The notes below the pieces were generated by a model. That model had not been told where the DNA came from. It saw nothing but the letters and a program-made list of their open reading frames with translations, and searched no databases. From positions 1-64,000 of the forward strand of contig MU005994.1 in the NCBI GenBank assembly GCA_010093745.1: a stretch of DNA of 64,000 nucleotides, given 5' to 3'. This document shows, piece by piece, positions 1 to 10,145 of this stretch. Each line of letters starts with the position of its first letter. Within the stretch, counting starts at the first letter, position 1. Made by a program: the position numbers and the translations under genes. This DNA comes from Piedraia hortae CBS 480.64 (taxonomy: Eukaryota).

Positions 1-39
1 CGTGAAGTCGAGAGCCGAGCGACGGTTACTAATAATGCG

Positions 40-330
40 CGTAATATACCGCATATTCACAACACATGGTGAATACGCCCCGCTAGTGTACGACGTGACG
101 TCACCGGCCCACCGGTACAGAATTTTCATTCTGAACGTCCCCTCATTAAAAATAGTCATTCACACTACCATGCTGCAACTGGTATTTTTGACTCATATAC
201 ATCTACATCTTTCCTGTCCCTGATTCCGTCTATCGCTCTGTCCTCTTCGGGTCGCTGTGCACTCTCACCCACGAGATCTAAATCTCTACACTGCGTACCA
301 GGGGCTAGATTCGATTCTGTAAGACGTCTG
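40..330 (+). mobile_element. Partial copy of an LTR family (same family as 62175-62583 and 23826-24155)
   Basis: 64-290 (catggtgaat...gacgtgacgtcaccggcccaccggt...ctgaacgtcccctcat...tagtcattcacact...gtctatcgct...cactctcacccac...ctaca) aligns colinearly with 62310-62541. Boundaries are approximate. Confidence 0.7.
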
Positions 331-3106
331 CGCTTGGTTATCGCTTCATGCTGAGGAGATGTGCACTTGGCCGCTCCCGTTTCCGAGCGAGTGGTAGGCA
401 TTTCAGGTGAGCTAAAGTAGATGCAGCTCAGTCTGTGTAACCCAGCTTGATGAGACATGCATTCACCTTAGTCTACGCGGTCTTTTAATTGTTCTTTTTA
501 TCGAACTTTGATCACGTGACGCGAAAGTAACTGCACGATCACTGATCCCGCGAGGGGAACTATGTACCTGTTCGACAAAGAATTTAGATTGGGAAAGCTG
601 AGCCACAATTTTGGGTGATTAGCAACGATACTAACAATGACATGCCTTCCTAAGCTGCTTACCCCTTATCCCTGTTGGATTGGCGGGCGACATTTTAAGC
701 TTTTTTTGTCAGTTCGGAGGCACGTAATTGTGCTAGCTGAGCCTCATGAGTGCCTCGTTATTGAGCTATAACAGAGGCTCAAGGGATGAAGCTGTATGGT
801 AATACGATGAGATGGATGGGAAAACGATGTGAATTTTTGTCAACAAATGTCCTTTCCTCACGTGGGAGGACTCTCTCTACTACAGTCTATGCCAAGCATG
901 CAACCCACGTCTTTTTCCATCGAAATCCTCTCGATAAATTGTGGCCTTCCCTTTCCGACACATTTCGTCACAACAGCGTACTTGCTACTGATAGTGATCA
1001 AGAACTTTCGTGGGAGTCAGGCTACAGATCGCCCAGGGTCGTAGCGTCCCTTCAGCTCTAGCAGACGGATGTGCAATTCACCTATTTCCAAATCATGTCT
1101 TTTTCGAGGGAATGTTACCAAGTCGAACAAGGGCACAAGCATATCGCGCTCAGCGTTCCAAATATTCCATAGCTTTGGGTCGATCAGTCAAAAAGTGCAA
1201 TAAGGTTAAATGCGGTAATGCCGCACAAACCCAACGCATACTCTGTTAACTGGACCTCTGATATGAATAAATATGGTTAGAGAAACCAAGTGCAGCGAAC
1301 AAATCTACATAGTGCGGGGCTGCCTGTTTGCTTGATAGTGGCTGTTGCTCAAGCTGACAGCCCCGCCTGCTAAGCTGAAGGGGCACTGCAGTCCGTCGCT
1401 TGTCTTCCACGAAATTGCGAAGCCACTACTAGTATCAAGATGGTGTTGTGAAACAAACGGTGTGGGCAATGGCAGAAGGCCACACTTTATTATAAATGAG
1501 GTGATAAAGAAAGGTGTGACACTGGTAGTGTGCTTCACAGCCAATTCTGCGTCAAGTGGAATCAACTTAAAGAATATTTGACCATCAAATGATATAAACA
1601 TATATTTCAATTGATCTACCACTTTTTAGATCAAATGAGCTAACAAACAAGCTAAGCTTACCTTTCTCCCTTATACGCACCTCAACTGCTAATCAGTGGA
1701 ATATTTATTGTATTCATTTCCCTCTTGTACTTTGCCCTCTAATCGTTCCCAGCGCTCAAAAGATGAAAAAGCCCTGTCTTTAAAAGCATACTTTGTTGTG
1801 AAAACAGTGAATTATTCATTCCTGTTTATTCGCTATTCGTACCTCTTTTCAAAGCGTATCAGTTTTTGAAGCAGTGGTGTCCAATAATTTCCATCTGAGC
1901 TATCTCACCCCTTTGGGACGCTCGATCAAAGATGTAAACTTGCATGTCTAGGAGCCACCGCCGTGCTATTAGACCCTCTCCTCGTCTCCATCAGTCACCT
2001 ACCACTTCACGTCCACACACCTCCAGCCGCCGCCGTTACCCCCACCAATTCAATCTCGTGCACCGAAAGCAGTTCTAACCAGATCTGCCTGAGCAGCTCA
2101 GAAACAAGAAAGACCTTTTGTTTCCCAGTCGCAAAGGCTGCACTGCAATACCTTGACCATATCTCCCTCCCCATGCTTCTTCTTCTGCACACTTCTTCTT
2201 CTGCACACTTCTGTCCACGGAAGAAGATCCCGCACTGCACCGTCATTATTCCGACTGTCCACATCAATTCAGATCCTCTCCCTCGAGATCTCGGGCCTCA
2301 ATGGTTTATTCGGGAGTATACTTCGGACACAACCCATGCCTGCGACTCTACTTTTCTCCCCAGTCTCGAGCTCCCAAATGTAACAAAAACTCCGCAAGGC
2401 TTCCCATATCACCTTCAATTTTCCCAACCTCTTGAATCAAGGTGACCATATCTCCTCTCCCTTCATTTCCAGTCCTCTGTCAGATATACTCGAGAACAAA
2501 ACTCATAGGCACTCACCTCTCCTTCTCTTCTATCTCAAACGTCCCTTCAGGGAAAGAGATCTCGCACTTTCCAGAGGTTTGCAGTAATTGTCCCTGCCCG
2601 TAAAACTATTTCGAAACGTGGGAGATGCCAAGACTCAGGATGCCGGCTAAATTTAAGAAATAGGCACGATGCAGGTCCACGTCAAGACGACAAGCGAGTT
2701 CGTGGCGTGGAGGGCAACTACGTTGGTGGCTTTTTCGTCCTGGTTTGCGTGATTTCGTTAGTTCGAGGTCTATCCACCCCGCCTATTTTTCCCCTCTCAT
2801 TTACCAAACGAGTATAAAGCAAGTTTGCCACCTTCTGCACTCGCATTCGAAGCAAAAGCTGATCATCTAACGGGATGCACAGTCCCTACGCAACTTCCTC
2901 CCTACTATACCTCCCTCCTGCCCAAGGTAAATCCCACGCCAAGAACGCATCATCAGTACCCTCTCACCACCACCCATATCTAATAGCTAGCATCCCTGCT
3001 GAATGACAAAAAATGGAACAAACTATATGTAAATCTGGAAACCCTCCAATCGTACCACGCACAAACACCTGTCTATACATCCATATCCCCCTCCTCTCTC
3101 ACCCTC

Positions 3107-4288
3107 CTAACCAGGCCACCCCACCTCCCCCGCGTCCTCCAACAGCGTCCCTCTCTCAATCGGCGGATAAATCCACCGCGTATTAATCCGTCCCTTAACT
3201 TGTTTCCCCTCCTCCCCCTGCAGTTCCACCCTCCTATCCCAACCTTTCGCAAAAACCGCCCCAGCTGCTCCAAGATCCAAACAAGTCACATACCCCTCCG
3301 GCTTAAACTCCACCAAAGGTAGTTTGAGCACTTCCCGCGCAACATTCGCCCCACAAACCTTCCCCATCGGCAGCGCATGCTGGCACGACTGCATGCTCGT
3401 GTGCCCCTGCTCGCACGGCGCGGCTGCAGTATCGCCGCATGCATACACATCTTCCACTCCCTTGACACGGAGGTATGTGTCTACGACGAGCCGGCCGAGT
3501 TCATCGCGCGGTGAGTTTATTTGGCTGGTGAGTGGACTAGCATGCATGCCCACCGTCCAGATTACGGTCGCAGAGGGGATGAATTCGCCCGATGAGAGGG
3601 TTGCGCCTTCGGGGGAGAGGGATGCGAGGGAGGTATTGAGACGGGTTTCCACCCCCAGGGAGGTGAGGGCGGATTGGATATAGGGGCGCGGGCCAGCGCC
3701 TAATGAGGGAGAGAGGACTGCGCTTCGCTCTAGGAGGATTACGCGCGCGGGGTGCGGGGCGAGGAGGGAGGGGAGTTCGGTTGCGATTTCGAGACCGGTA
3801 AACCCCGCTCCGACGACGATGACTGTGTATTGGCCTGCGTGGGTGGCATGGGTGTGGGGGAGGTTGTGGAGGTGGGCGTTTAGGGATGCGGCTGAGGTGA
3901 GGGTGTCGATGTTGAAGAGGTGTTCTGAGCCAGGGAGGGTGGGGGGGTTGAGTTGACTTCCGCTCGCGAGGATGAGTTTGTCGTAGGAGAGGATTGATTG
4001 GGTTGAGTCTTGGTTTGTGAAGGTTATGGATTTGGTGGTTGGGGAGATGTGGGTTACGGTTGCGTGGATGCGGGAGGCGTTGATGGGGCCCAGGATGTGG
4101 TCGAGAGGGACGCGCATGTTTTCTGGGTGGTTTTCGTAGAGGCGGGGGCGGATGACGATGTCGTCGGTTGGGGCGATGAGGGTTACGGTGATGGGGTCGT
4201 GGGTTGGGTTGTCGGATTCGATCCGTTTGATGCCCGCCGCGGCCCAGACGCCGGCGAAACCGCCGCCGATGATGAGGACGTGAGGCAT
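3107..4288 (-). CDS. FAD/NAD(P)-dependent oxidoreductase, NDH-2 / pyridine nucleotide-disulfide oxidoreductase family (393 aa, intronless, bacterial-type)
   Basis: Two Rossmann motifs (VLIIGGGFAG, VIVVGAGFTGLEIATE), YDKLILASGS, VYACGD, and C-terminal YVTCLDLG...INTRWIYPP. Start taken at MPHVLIIGG (ATG 4288). Confidence 0.9.
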   Translation of the reverse strand: MPHVLIIGGGFAGVWAAAGIKRIESDNPTHDPITVTLIAPTDDIVIRPRLYENHPENMRVPLDHILGPINASRIHATVTHISPTTKSITFTNQDSTQSILSYDKLILASGSQLNPPTLPGSEHLFNIDTLTSAASLNAHLHNLPHTHATHAGQYTVIVVGAGFTGLEIATELPSLLAPHPARVILLERSAVLSPSLGAGPRPYIQSALTSLGVETRLNTSLASLSPEGATLSSGEFIPSATVIWTVGMHASPLTSQINSPRDELGRLVVDTYLRVKGVEDVYACGDTAAAPCEQGHTSMQSCQHALPMGKVCGANVAREVLKLPLVEFKPEGYVTCLDLGAAGAVFAKGWDRRVELQGEEGKQVKGRINTRWIYPPIERGTLLEDAGEVGWPG

Positions 4289-4377
4289 GATTGAGGGAAG
4301 GGTTTTTTCGAAGGGTATATGTATGGTCTTTGGGGATGACGTTGTGGCGGTTTGCCGCATATGGGATGCCGTTGAAG

Positions 4378-6459
4378 CTACATTGCAACACACCATCCGT
4401 CCCGTTCCTTGGTCAGTTCCTCAACCATTTGCTCGACCCTTGCCACTCCGACTTTGTATTGCTCCACTCCGTCTTCGACATCCTCCACTCGGCCTCGTAG
4501 ACTCTCAACGCCGTATTCCAGTCTCGCTTTTAGACTTTCCATTTCTCTGAATAAATTTTCCGCGTTCTCTCGCTCGGAAGCTACAACGTCCCGAGCCCGG
4601 GTATGCCATTCATGAACCTCTTCCGCTCGTGGAGCTCGCAACTCTTCCACTTCTGTTACAGTGCAGGACATTTCCTCTAACAAAGTTCCCAACTCAGCCA
4701 GCTGACATGACGCCCACGGCTCCGTAGTAGAAATCAAATGACACAGCGCAGAATACGTCCTCTGCGCAACGACCTGATCCTGCGAGTCTGCAATCTGCTC
4801 CCATCTGAGAACACTCTCCTCTGCCAAACTAAACGACAGGTGACGCGGATAAGCATCCACCGACGGCTTCTTCACAGAATGACTCGAAGAAAGCGTCCGA
4901 CGAAGCGGCAACGGAACGTTCGTCTCCGTCTCTTCGCCCGACGGCAGGACCTCATCCAGGTCCACGTCGTGGTAAAACGATCCAATCGGCGAAACCGGCT
5001 CATGAACCGAAGCCTGCTCTGAACGGGTTTCCTCCACCGAAACCTCATCAACAACCCCTCTCTCTTCCACAACCGGACTCTGCGGTTTCTTGACGGGTTT
5101 CTTCTCATCCACCGAAAACTTTGCCCTTTCATGTCCCCTCCAGCCTTTCAACTTCCCCAACCCCGTACTTCTATTCTGCTTGACGGGGTCGCTATCAAAG
5201 GTTTCCCGAGCAGGAGTGGGCATATCAAAACTCTCCCTCTGCATATCCGCAATACTCTTCTTCGTCCATAGAAACCCTCCTTTATCATCCGTGTCGAAAA
5301 CCATAGTCTGTGAAGGTTCGGCTTTGGATTTAATTTTAATCGGCTTCCCCATCCAGAGCCACTTCGGCTGCTCTCCGTAGAGGAACTGGACAAACGTCTC
5401 CATGTCAGTAGTTTCGATGTCTGCGATTTCGACACGGTCTCGGCCTCTGCCGACGGCCTCCATGACGATATTACCGCCTTTGCCGCTTAGCTCGGCGGCG
5501 GTGTGTTTGATGACTTTGGGGAGGGTGAAGTGGCCGTGATCGGTCTTTTGGGTGACTTTGTGAAGACGGGAAAGGGTTAGTCGGTCCAGGCGTCCTGTTC
5601 GTTCGAGACGTTGTTGTTTTTGGAAATGTGAAATGCCGCGTTTCATGGTCTCGACGCAGAAGGCATCTTTTGTGACTGGAGCGCCGACTTCGTGGAGACG
5701 GTTGCGGGCGCCCATGAGGAGGCCGAGGAGGCTGGCGACTGTTGTTGGTCCAAGGATGCCATCGTGGGGTTCTAATTGATATCGCTCACTGCCGATGTTG
5801 AGCCACCAGTCGCTGATGGCTCGTTCAGTTACGTCGCAGAGCAGGCCGTCGGAGTAATCTGTTTCCAGCTGGTCGAAGAGCATGAGGGCTGTCTGACAGA
5901 GCCTAACGAGTCCGGTGACGGACTGGTAGATGCCATTCTTGTCGCTGGTGCGGTATAATTGATGGAACTTGGCGACGGTAGCGCCACTTGGGGCGGTGAG
6001 AGTCAGGCTGGAGCGGCCGGAACAGCCGAGCCGTTTGAGGTCCTCGTTGACGGTGAAATCCAGGCAGTGTTTTCCGAAATCGCCGTCTGGAACAGGGATG
6101 ACCGTCAAGGATGAAGGAAAACTGGACAGATTTGCTACCAACAGCAGACCAAGAGACGTTTCCCTTCGACTTGTATGGAACTGATTCAAAGCCTTGAAAT
6201 ACACCCGCAACCGTGGGCTCCAGAGACACTCGTCTTTGGGGATGGACAGTACATGGGCGACTACGCTACGGGCTGGATCGCCGGTAAAAGTGGTAATTAC
6301 GCAGGTTGGATGGGTGCGGGATGTGGCCCATTGTTCGACGATGTAGCATTCATATCCGCGCAGTTCGGCCGATCGCTCTACTACGGTCGTTGATCCATCA
6401 CCCGCCAAGTAATCGAACGCCACGGGGTCTGTAAGCACGAAGCGGCCATAGTCGTCCAT
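4378..6459 (-). CDS. STB2/STB6-like (Sin3-binding) protein with C-terminal coiled coil and CaaX-like end (CVAM)
   Basis: FVLTDPVAF, LRGYECYIVEQW, NEDLKRLGCSGRS, DGLLCDVTERAI, DGILGPTTVA are typical of fungal STB6-like proteins. Start taken at MDDYGRF; an upstream in-frame ATG at 6513 is possible. Confidence 0.85.
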   Translation of the reverse strand: MDDYGRFVLTDPVAFDYLAGDGSTTVVERSAELRGYECYIVEQWATSRTHPTCVITTFTGDPARSVVAHVLSIPKDECLWSPRLRVYFKALNQFHTSRRETSLGLLLVANLSSFPSSLTVIPVPDGDFGKHCLDFTVNEDLKRLGCSGRSSLTLTAPSGATVAKFHQLYRTSDKNGIYQSVTGLVRLCQTALMLFDQLETDYSDGLLCDVTERAISDWWLNIGSERYQLEPHDGILGPTTVASLLGLLMGARNRLHEVGAPVTKDAFCVETMKRGISHFQKQQRLERTGRLDRLTLSRLHKVTQKTDHGHFTLPKVIKHTAAELSGKGGNIVMEAVGRGRDRVEIADIETTDMETFVQFLYGEQPKWLWMGKPIKIKSKAEPSQTMVFDTDDKGGFLWTKKSIADMQRESFDMPTPARETFDSDPVKQNRSTGLGKLKGWRGHERAKFSVDEKKPVKKPQSPVVEERGVVDEVSVEETRSEQASVHEPVSPIGSFYHDVDLDEVLPSGEETETNVPLPLRRTLSSSHSVKKPSVDAYPRHLSFSLAEESVLRWEQIADSQDQVVAQRTYSALCHLISTTEPWASCQLAELGTLLEEMSCTVTEVEELRAPRAEEVHEWHTRARDVVASERENAENLFREMESLKARLEYGVESLRGRVEDVEDGVEQYKVGVARVEQMVEELTKERDGWCVAM

Positions 6460-6504
6460 GCTGCCAGTGGCATGTAGTGGCAGTGCCACAAATGTCACAA
6501 TGGA

Positions 6505-6526
6505 TGACGTCATCACAATGACGTCA
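6505..6526. promoter_or_regulatory. Two perfect CRE/ATF palindromes (TGACGTCA) in the ~180-bp divergent promoter of STB6-like / RMD5
   Basis: TGACGTCA at 6505-6512 and 6519-6526, between head-to-head ATGs at 6459 and 6642. Confidence 0.45.
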
Positions 6527-6641
6527 TACCTTGATGGCAGCCTCGGTGGCTTATGTAAGCGTCCAGCACCACCGCAGGAAAGAGTGACTCTCGGCGAATA
6601 GGAGGGTTTAAACCCCGTAGGTTCACGTAACACAGTTAGCA

Positions 6642-7883
6642 ATGGACGCGCTTCTCTCTGCCCACGAGCAAGTCTCAGCCAACGGGCTTGAGCGAGGGGT
6701 AGACATCTTAGACAATCTAATCAGCTTGTTGGAGTCTCAAAAGGCCCAATTACTTTCCCAACCAGCAACAATCACGGTCCCGAAATCGATGATCCAGGAC
6801 CCCTTTAACGATGCCTTAACATCCCTCAATGAGGAACTGTTAAAAAAAAACAAAGCTCTCAACGCCTACGGTAAAGCATTAAAAGACAAGTCTCCCAATG
6901 CAGCTTCTCACCCACAAACACCTTATCTTCCTAGTCCTACAGACTACCAGCACTGTCTCATTGACCGTTCTATCGCAGTCCATCTTCTCCGTGAGGGTAA
7001 ATTTGATGTAGCAGAGACATTTATGGCGGAGGCAGAGGACTCCCTCGCGGCGAAGCGTCTCTCAAACTACGGCGAAGACGTCCCCATGACGGACATCAAC
7101 GCTTTAAACGACATGTGGGCCGCTGAACTCTTTCCCACGGGTACAACAAGCAACCTAACCTCCAAATTCAAGGAAATGTATTCCATCATCTCCGCCCTGG
7201 AGAAACAAGACCTCGTACCAGCTATGAGCTGGGCTGCAGCCCATTCTGAAATCCTGAACCTACGCAAGAGCGACTTACAATTCCACCTTGTCCAGCTGCA
7301 GTTTGTTAAGCACTATGCCACTGGCGATGCCAAGTTCGCATTGGAATACGCACGCTTCGCATTCCCTTCCTTTGCGGGACGCTACCACGAAGAAGTCGCC
7401 GCTCTACTGGGCTCACTCGCCTTTATTAATTCCCGGCCACCAGCGTACCTCCAAAACGTCCTCGAAAGCGTAACATATCCCTCTGTAGTGGAGAACTTCG
7501 TTACAGAGTTTTGTGCGAGTTTGAACCTCCCGCCTTCCTCGCCCTTGTATCCCACCGTCGCGGCAGGAAGTCTCGCTCTTCCGGTCCTCCAAAAACTTGC
7601 CTCAAAAATGAACCAGGCTAGAAGCCAATGGAGCACCGAAGACGAATTACCCGTTGAGACGCCCATGCCGGATGAGAAGTTCCGCTTCCACAGTATCTTT
7701 GTGTGTCCGATTTCGAAACAGCAGAGCACTGATAAGAACCCGCCTACGCTGTTGAAATGTGGACATGTGCTTGCGCAGGAGAGCGTGCATCAATTGAGTC
7801 GGAATAGGGCTTCGGCAAAGTGTCCGTATTGTTCGGCTGACTTGGGGATTAATGATACCAGGAGGGTTTATATTGTGGATTAG
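6642..7883 (+). CDS. RMD5: GID/CTLH E3 ligase RING subunit Rmd5/Gid2
   Basis: LisH (IDRSIAVHLLREGKFDVAETF), CTLH/CRA region, and FHSIFVCPISKQQSTDKNPP..LKCGHVL...KCPYC degenerate RING. Confidence 0.92.
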   Translation: MDALLSAHEQVSANGLERGVDILDNLISLLESQKAQLLSQPATITVPKSMIQDPFNDALTSLNEELLKKNKALNAYGKALKDKSPNAASHPQTPYLPSPTDYQHCLIDRSIAVHLLREGKFDVAETFMAEAEDSLAAKRLSNYGEDVPMTDINALNDMWAAELFPTGTTSNLTSKFKEMYSIISALEKQDLVPAMSWAAAHSEILNLRKSDLQFHLVQLQFVKHYATGDAKFALEYARFAFPSFAGRYHEEVAALLGSLAFINSRPPAYLQNVLESVTYPSVVENFVTEFCASLNLPPSSPLYPTVAAGSLALPVLQKLASKMNQARSQWSTEDELPVETPMPDEKFRFHSIFVCPISKQQSTDKNPPTLLKCGHVLAQESVHQLSRNRASAKCPYCSADLGINDTRRVYIVD

Positions 7884-9685
7884 AGGACTATGGACATTAT
7901 ATCACTTCCGTTTTTGATTTGGGATTTGGTGGGCATTTTGTCTGATAGCATTAGTTCGGCGGATTGAGCCATGTATGGGTCCTTGACAATGTTAGTTGTA
8001 CCGGGATGGGGTGGGTTGGGNNNNNNNNNNNNNNNNNNNNNNNNNNNNNNNNNNNNNNNNNNNNNNNNNNNNNNNNNNNNAAGAGGGAGGGATGGTATTA
8101 CCTTCATCATTGTCGCGACGGCGACTATTTGCTCCCCTTTGCAGTAATACGCAATCCAGCTTTGTTTCCCCTCTGAGACGTTCGTTGTGCCGTGGATGAT
8201 GATATCGTCGTACCCGACAGATCCGGCTGTTGTGCCGCAATACCGAACCTGAGAACCCATTGCGGACCAGAAGACGGGAATGAACCTCTTGGGCGGTTCA
8301 TCGGGTTTGAGAATATCTTGAGCCACAGCCCGTCCCGCATTCTGTGCCACATCCCAATGTTCGATTCTGATGGGTTTACCATCCCCGCCGGGTCCGTAAT
8401 AAGGATAAGAAGCGATATCACCAACGGCATAAGCGTCCTTGACGCCTTTGATAGCGAAACGGTCGTCTACACTGACTGATCCGTCTTTTTCGATGGTGAT
8501 GCTGGAGTTGTGGTTGAGATACTCCGTAGCGGGATGGACTCCGACTCCTTCAATGACCACATCCGCTGGAAGTTCCGTCCCGTCTGCAAGCTTCACTGCA
8601 CTGATCATCTTCCCATCTAAAGAGGGAATCCCCTTTTCAACGCTCGCGCCAAGGTAGAATTCAACCCCATTCTTCTCGAGGAGTTTCCTGAAGATCGATC
8701 CGACCTCCGCCCCCATGACTCTTTCCATTGGCTCCTTCTCCATCCCCACAATGGTAACATGATGTTTCTTCGAAGCGAGACAATTTCCTACTTCCATGCC
8801 GATGAAACTACTCCCTATAACCACGATCTTCTTGCCACCCTCCTCCCCCGCGGCAGCAACGATCTTCTTACTATCCTCCAACGTCCGAATCTGGAATGTA
8901 TTCCCCAGTTCACCCCCCAACCCGCTTAGGGGCAACCAATTCGGTGTCCCGCCGGAGGAGAGGATCAATTTCTCATACCCCATCTCCTTACCACTCTTCA
9001 TCATAACCTTTTTGTTTTCGAAATCAACTCCCGTGACCTCATCCGTGACCAGCTCGATCGCAGCATCCCTATAAAAATCCACCCCTCGCCAAGCGAGTTT
9101 CTCAAGATCCGTAGCCAGCGCCTTGGAGAGTTTCGTCCGATCAATCGGCCTGAACCCCTCCTTCGCCACGTTCACTATCTTTCCCCCGTAACCCCCCGCG
9201 CGAAGCGCCTCCATCGCACCAACTGCGCCCGCACCCCTCCCAACTATAACCACCCCCGGGGTGGCTGCCTCCACCCGCACTTTCGGCTTAAGACACCGCC
9301 TCCCACTCTTAAGATCCGCCTCATCAGCGATGACATACACCCCGTCAGGTTCTTCTATGACATCGAAGCGGTGGAGTGAGTCAAGAGCGGGTGCATCCTC
9401 GACATCGCCGGTCGCGAGGGAGAAGCATGCGCCGTGCCATGGACATGTTATGCGGCCCGGGGAGAGGACCCCCTTGGAGAGGGGCGCGCCGTAGTGCGTG
9501 CATTTGGGACTGAGGGCGAAGGCGTTGGGGGGTTGGGAGATGAGGAGGATTTTGGAATCAGGGAGGGAGGGGAGGGATACTTCGTGGGGAACGTTGGGTT
9601 TCAAAGAGGAGAGGGAGGGGAGGGGAAGTTTGAACTTGGTGGACATTGTGCGGGTGAAGATGGTGGGAAGGCGGAGAGGGGGCAT
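7880..9685 (-). CDS. AIF-like Rieske [2Fe-2S] + FAD/NAD oxidoreductase (AIFM3-like); one intron ~7982-8101
   Basis: Rieske motifs CTHYGAPL and CPWHGACF, IVVIGSSFIGME, RIEHWDVA, FIPVFWS. The GTAATA...CTAAC...AAG intron spans the assembly gap and joins ATMMK|DPYM. Confidence 0.92.
   Translation of the reverse strand: MPPLRLPTIFTRTMSTKFKLPLPSLSSLKPNVPHEVSLPSLPDSKILLISQPPNAFALSPKCTHYGAPLSKGVLSPGRITCPWHGACFSLATGDVEDAPALDSLHRFDVIEEPDGVYVIADEADLKSGRRCLKPKVRVEAATPGVVIVGRGAGAVGAMEALRAGGYGGKIVNVAKEGFRPIDRTKLSKALATDLEKLAWRGVDFYRDAAIELVTDEVTGVDFENKKVMMKSGKEMGYEKLILSSGGTPNWLPLSGLGGELGNTFQIRTLEDSKKIVAAAGEEGGKKIVVIGSSFIGMEVGNCLASKKHHVTIVGMEKEPMERVMGAEVGSIFRKLLEKNGVEFYLGASVEKGIPSLDGKMISAVKLADGTELPADVVIEGVGVHPATEYLNHNSSITIEKDGSVSVDDRFAIKGVKDAYAVGDIASYPYYGPGGDGKPIRIEHWDVAQNAGRAVAQDILKPDEPPKRFIPVFWSAMGSQVRYCGTTAGSVGYDDIIIHGTTNVSEGKQSWIAYYCKGEQIVAVATMMKVIPSLPLXXXXXXXXXXXXXXXXXXXXPNPPHPGTTNIVKDPYMAQSAELMLSDKMPTKSQIKNGSDIMSIVL
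8021..8080. other. Assembly gap (60 N), inside the predicted intron of the AIF-like gene
   Basis: Run of n characters. Confidence 1.
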
Positions 9686-10145
9686 TTAGATGGGTGGAGG
9701 GGTAGCTGTGGGTATGATGTAGTTTGGTAGCCGGATCTGATAGGCATGGGATCTGATAAGGCTTGGGACCTGATAAGGCTATGCCATACGTTATGCGGAA
9801 GGTCGGGATCGGGGAGTCTGTTGTAGGAGATGCAGGTTGATATCACTGCTTTGCTGTGGGTTTGATGTAGTGTCGAGCTATGTTATGTGTGAAGCTACAT
9901 GATGTGTCATGCTAAGTTAGTTGTCATCCAAGGTTGGTGGTAGTGGGGGAAATGACACGCTGCATGGCTTTACAGGAAACTACAGCGATTACAGTAAAGC
10001 TAAATGGCAGCTAGATAGCAGCAGTATCCCACTGGCCGCTCCAGTGGTGTTGACCAACTCGGACGTACTGCAAACCCTAAGTTATCACATGCCACGGGCC
10101 ATACCGAGGACTCGTCCGTGAAGCAGCTTCACAGTTGTCAATGGC

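Noticed and set aside
40..290. Independent TGTA...TACA solo LTR with ATGCG/CTGCG TSD
   Set aside because: The segment is internal to the longer TSD-flanked LTR at 62175-62583, and weak similarity continues past 290, so the apparent TSD is probably coincidental.
1305..1622. Possible copia RNase H remnant (FSLAGGAVS, AISWKT)
   Set aside because: Only a few residues match and no supporting motifs are recognisable.
3537..4391. 284-aa Pro/His/Arg-rich ORF overlapping the oxidoreductase
   Set aside because: Alternative-frame artefact of very C-rich codon usage.
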